NCBI GenBank assembly: GCA_002314915.1
Contig: DCHU01000041.1
Span: 1 to 59,775, forward strand
Direction: 5' to 3'
Source of the DNA: Bacillales bacterium UBA1744
GTDB lineage: Bacteria; Bacillota_I; Bacilli_A; RFN20; CAG-826
Length of the DNA stretch: 59,775 nucleotides
The translations under genes and the position numbers were made by a program. Below, piece after piece: positions 57,745-59,775 of the stretch. Positions within the stretch are counted from its first letter, which is position 1. Every line of letters starts with the position of its first letter. The notes beneath the pieces were generated by a model that worked only from the letters and a program-made list of their open reading frames with translations, made no database searches and was not told the DNA's origin.

Positions 57745-57840
57745 AATAGTACAATGCTCTTTGCAATCTTCCCCATTATAGCAAAATGAGGAAATTAATT
57801 GCCACCTATTATTAATAATAGTGTGAGAAAAGGTGCATTT

Positions 57841-58590
57841 ATGAATCCAATCTTATTGAATTTACTGCTTCTTGTAGGCGCTAGCGTAATCGGATACTTA
57901 ATCGGAAGTATTCCTTCCGGTGTCGTTATCGGTAAGGTTTTTTACGGTAAGGACCCTAGAGACTATGGCTCTCACAACTCAGGCGGAACAAACTGTGGAC
58001 GTGTGTTCGGCAAGAAAGCGGGCTATTCGGTTATTATCTTAGATATGTTGAAGTCAGTTATCGTCTTCTGGTTATTATGGGGAATTCTCATCCCGACAAA
58101 TCTGTTCGGCTATGGCTTAACCGACTTATGGGTTGCAGGCGCAATGATCCCATGGGCTGGCGTGCTCTTCTGCGTAATTGGCCACTGCTGGTCAATCTTC
58201 CTCAAAGGATTTAAAGGAGGCAAAGCTGTTTCCTGTTTCGCAGGAAGCTTAGCAGCAACAAGCTGGCTCAGTTTCGCAACAGGACTCATCGTCTTCTTCT
58301 CGACATTCCTCCCAAAGAGAATCATGTCCATCGCAAGCATGTTAACCGCGATTATAATGACAGTTTTCCAGTGGGTTATGGCGTTCGTAATTCACTTCTG
58401 TAACGGCACCGGATCACTCGATATCCTCAACTACACATTCGGACACTTCTCATCGAGCTATTTCTTCGGTTGGTGGACCGCAGTTGTGACCACAGTTATG
58501 GCTGTAATTCTCATCATTCGCCACTCTCAGAACATTCAGAGACTCAAGGCTGGAGAAGAGAAACCACTTAGTTGGAATCCAAAGAATTAG
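57841..58590 (+). CDS. plsY: Glycerol-3-phosphate acyltransferase PlsY (acyl-phosphate dependent)
   Basis: ATG at 57841. YLIGSIPSG, SGGTN-like NSGGTNCGR and KGGKAV motifs in a polytopic membrane protein. Confidence 0.88.
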   Translation: MNPILLNLLLLVGASVIGYLIGSIPSGVVIGKVFYGKDPRDYGSHNSGGTNCGRVFGKKAGYSVIILDMLKSVIVFWLLWGILIPTNLFGYGLTDLWVAGAMIPWAGVLFCVIGHCWSIFLKGFKGGKAVSCFAGSLAATSWLSFATGLIVFFSTFLPKRIMSIASMLTAIIMTVFQWVMAFVIHFCNGTGSLDILNYTFGHFSSSYFFGWWTAVVTTVMAVILIIRHSQNIQRLKAGEEKPLSWNPKN

Positions 58591-58597
58591 TAGTTTT
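58585..58597 (+). repeat. Copy of the recurrent 13-mer AATTAGTAGTTTT, containing the plsY stop codon
   Basis: Exact match to 49535-49547. Forms an inverted pair with 58702-58714. Confidence 0.7.
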
Positions 58598-58613
58598 TTA
58601 GTAAAAGGTAATA

Positions 58614-58646
58614 AACCGCATTTCTTCGATGGAATGTGGTTTTTTC
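58614..58646 (+). terminator. Rho-independent terminator after plsY
   Basis: AACCGCATT (58614-58622) pairs with AATGTGGTT (58633-58641, one G-U pair), followed by a T-run. Confidence 0.75.
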
Positions 58647-58701
58647 TTACTTTTACCCAAAAAGTGGGAAATTTTGATAAGGTCATTTTAGACCGTTAAA
58701 A

Positions 58702-58732
58702 CAAAACTACTAATTTTAGAACCACTACTAAT
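58702..58732 (-). repeat. Two minus-strand copies of the recurrent motif (AATTAGTAGTTTT and AATTAGTAGT), 18 nt apart
   Basis: The plus strand reads AAAACTACTAATT at 58702-58714 and ACTACTAATT at 58723-58732. Confidence 0.7.
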
Positions 58733-59046
58733 TCCCACTCAAAAAGGTGTATCGAAGTTCCCTTGGCGAAACAATCAGCAAACAATGGTCACGTTCTGAT
58801 GGTTATCATCATCTTTTCAATTGTTCTACACTTCTTATATTCTCTTGTTTTGTCTCCCTATTTCTAATCTAAAAATGACAAAGAAAAAGAGGTCACGTAT
58901 CTGGTGCGTAACCCCTATTCATCTTTATTTAATATTTAATATATAAAGCGCTATATCGTCTTAAGCGTTCTAAGCAGCCTCATCGTTTGGAGCGAGCAAG
59001 TTTAGGCTAGTTCCATTAAAACGCCTGAATCGGCCATTTTGACCAC

Positions 59047-59775
59047 TTAGAGAAGGCTCTTGATAAATTGTTTGGCAACTCTAGGAGAACGAGAACCTTT
59101 AGCCAATGCGAATTGCTCCGCTTTGATATCGAGTTCCGATTCAACTATGGAGATGTTCTCTTTAGCGGCCAACTCATGAACTATTTCAAGATACAACTTC
59201 TTGTTTGGCTTATAGAATGCGATCGTTAAGCCGAAACGCTGAACGAGAGACATAGTCTCCTCTATCGTGTCATTTCTATGGAGGTCATCGTCAAACTCGC
59301 CCCTGGAGGAGAAATTCTCCTTAACGAGATGGCGTCTGTTGGATGTGCAGTATATGAGAGCGTTCTCGCCTTTTGATGATGCACTGCCCTCAAGTATGGC
59401 CTTGAGCATGGCGAATGTCTCGTCATTGCTCGTGAACGAGAGGTCATCGATGAAGATGATGAATTTGAGCGGATTGGCGCTGATACGGTCCATTACCATA
59501 GGTAATAGGTGAATTTGGTCTTTTCTTAACTCGATAAGTCGTAGTCCATCTTTAGCGTATTCGTTAACGATTGCTTTGATGGATGATGACTTTCCGGTTC
59601 CAGCATCTCCATAAAGGAGGGTATTGAAACTTGGTCTATTGTTCAAGAAGTTAACCGTATTGGAGATGAGTTCGCCTCTTTCGTCGCTATAGCCGACAAA
59701 TTCGGACAAGGAGATTGTATCCTTGGCCTTGATTGACTGAATCTCGCCATCTACGTCCACTCTGAACATCGAGTT
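59047..59775 (-). CDS. DUF815-type AAA ATPase (5' end probably beyond the window)
   Basis: Walker A GDAGTGKSS and Walker B FIIFIDDL. The frame stays open to the window edge upstream of the ATG at 59769. Confidence 0.7.
   Translation of the reverse strand, partial: NSMFRVDVDGEIQSIKAKDTISLSEFVGYSDERGELISNTVNFLNNRPSFNTLLYGDAGTGKSSSIKAIVNEYAKDGLRLIELRKDQIHLLPMVMDRISANPLKFIIFIDDLSFTSNDETFAMLKAILEGSASSKGENALIYCTSNRRHLVKENFSSRGEFDDDLHRNDTIEETMSLVQRFGLTIAFYKPNKKLYLEIVHELAAKENISIVESELDIKAEQFALAKGSRSPRVAKQFIKSLL

Noticed and set aside
1-59775. CRISPR arrays, rRNA or tRNA genes, transposases, integrases other than xerD, prophage or restriction-modification/defence gene clusters.
   Set aside because: I saw no regularly spaced direct repeats, no rRNA- or tRNA-like sequence, and no ORF with transposase, phage or defence-system motifs. 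Apart from the two lipoprotein genes and the orphan A-T gene, every large ORF is accounted for by a housekeeping function.

Overview
The window looks like a chromosomal segment from a low-GC, Gram-positive-type bacterium. Gene order resembles Bacillus, Staphylococcus and Erysipelotrichia/Mollicutes-like relatives. The genetic code is standard, because TGA is used as a stop codon at dtd and holA. All calls rest on reading motifs and synteny by eye; no database search was run.

The content is almost entirely core housekeeping, in tightly packed and often overlapping operons:
- 1-10 kb: ftsK (5' partial), pullulanase, plsC, an RNA m5C methyltransferase, pdp, dtd, mnmA.
- 12-20 kb: T-box leader plus alaS, DUF1292, greA, comEA-comEC-holA, rpsT.
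- 20-35 kb: fmt, lepA, obg, ruvAB, secDF, recJ.
- 35-49 kb: relA, hisS-aspS, tkt, asp23-nusB-xseAB, dinB, xerD, deoB.
- 49.7-57.7 kb, minus strand: parE-parC-yqeG-yqeH-yhbY-nadD/yqeK-rsfS.
- 57.8 kb to the end: plsY and a partial DUF815 ATPase.

I found no CRISPR array, rRNA, tRNA or clear mobile element, and no obvious multi-gene novel system. The points most worth a second look are:
1. A surface lipoprotein ending in a barnase-like RNase domain, with no adjacent inhibitor gene.
2. A syntenic YqeH orthologue in which all GTPase motifs are degenerate.
3. A 28-bp dif-like XerCD site inside a 610-bp gene-free zone where the two gene orientations converge, suggesting the replication terminus.
4. 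A Cys/His-rich tail on HisRS.
5. A recurrent intergenic 13-mer, AATTAGTAGTTTT.
6. A PD-(D/E)XK nuclease fused to an XPD/DinG-type helicase.
7. An orphan adenylation-carrier didomain protein.
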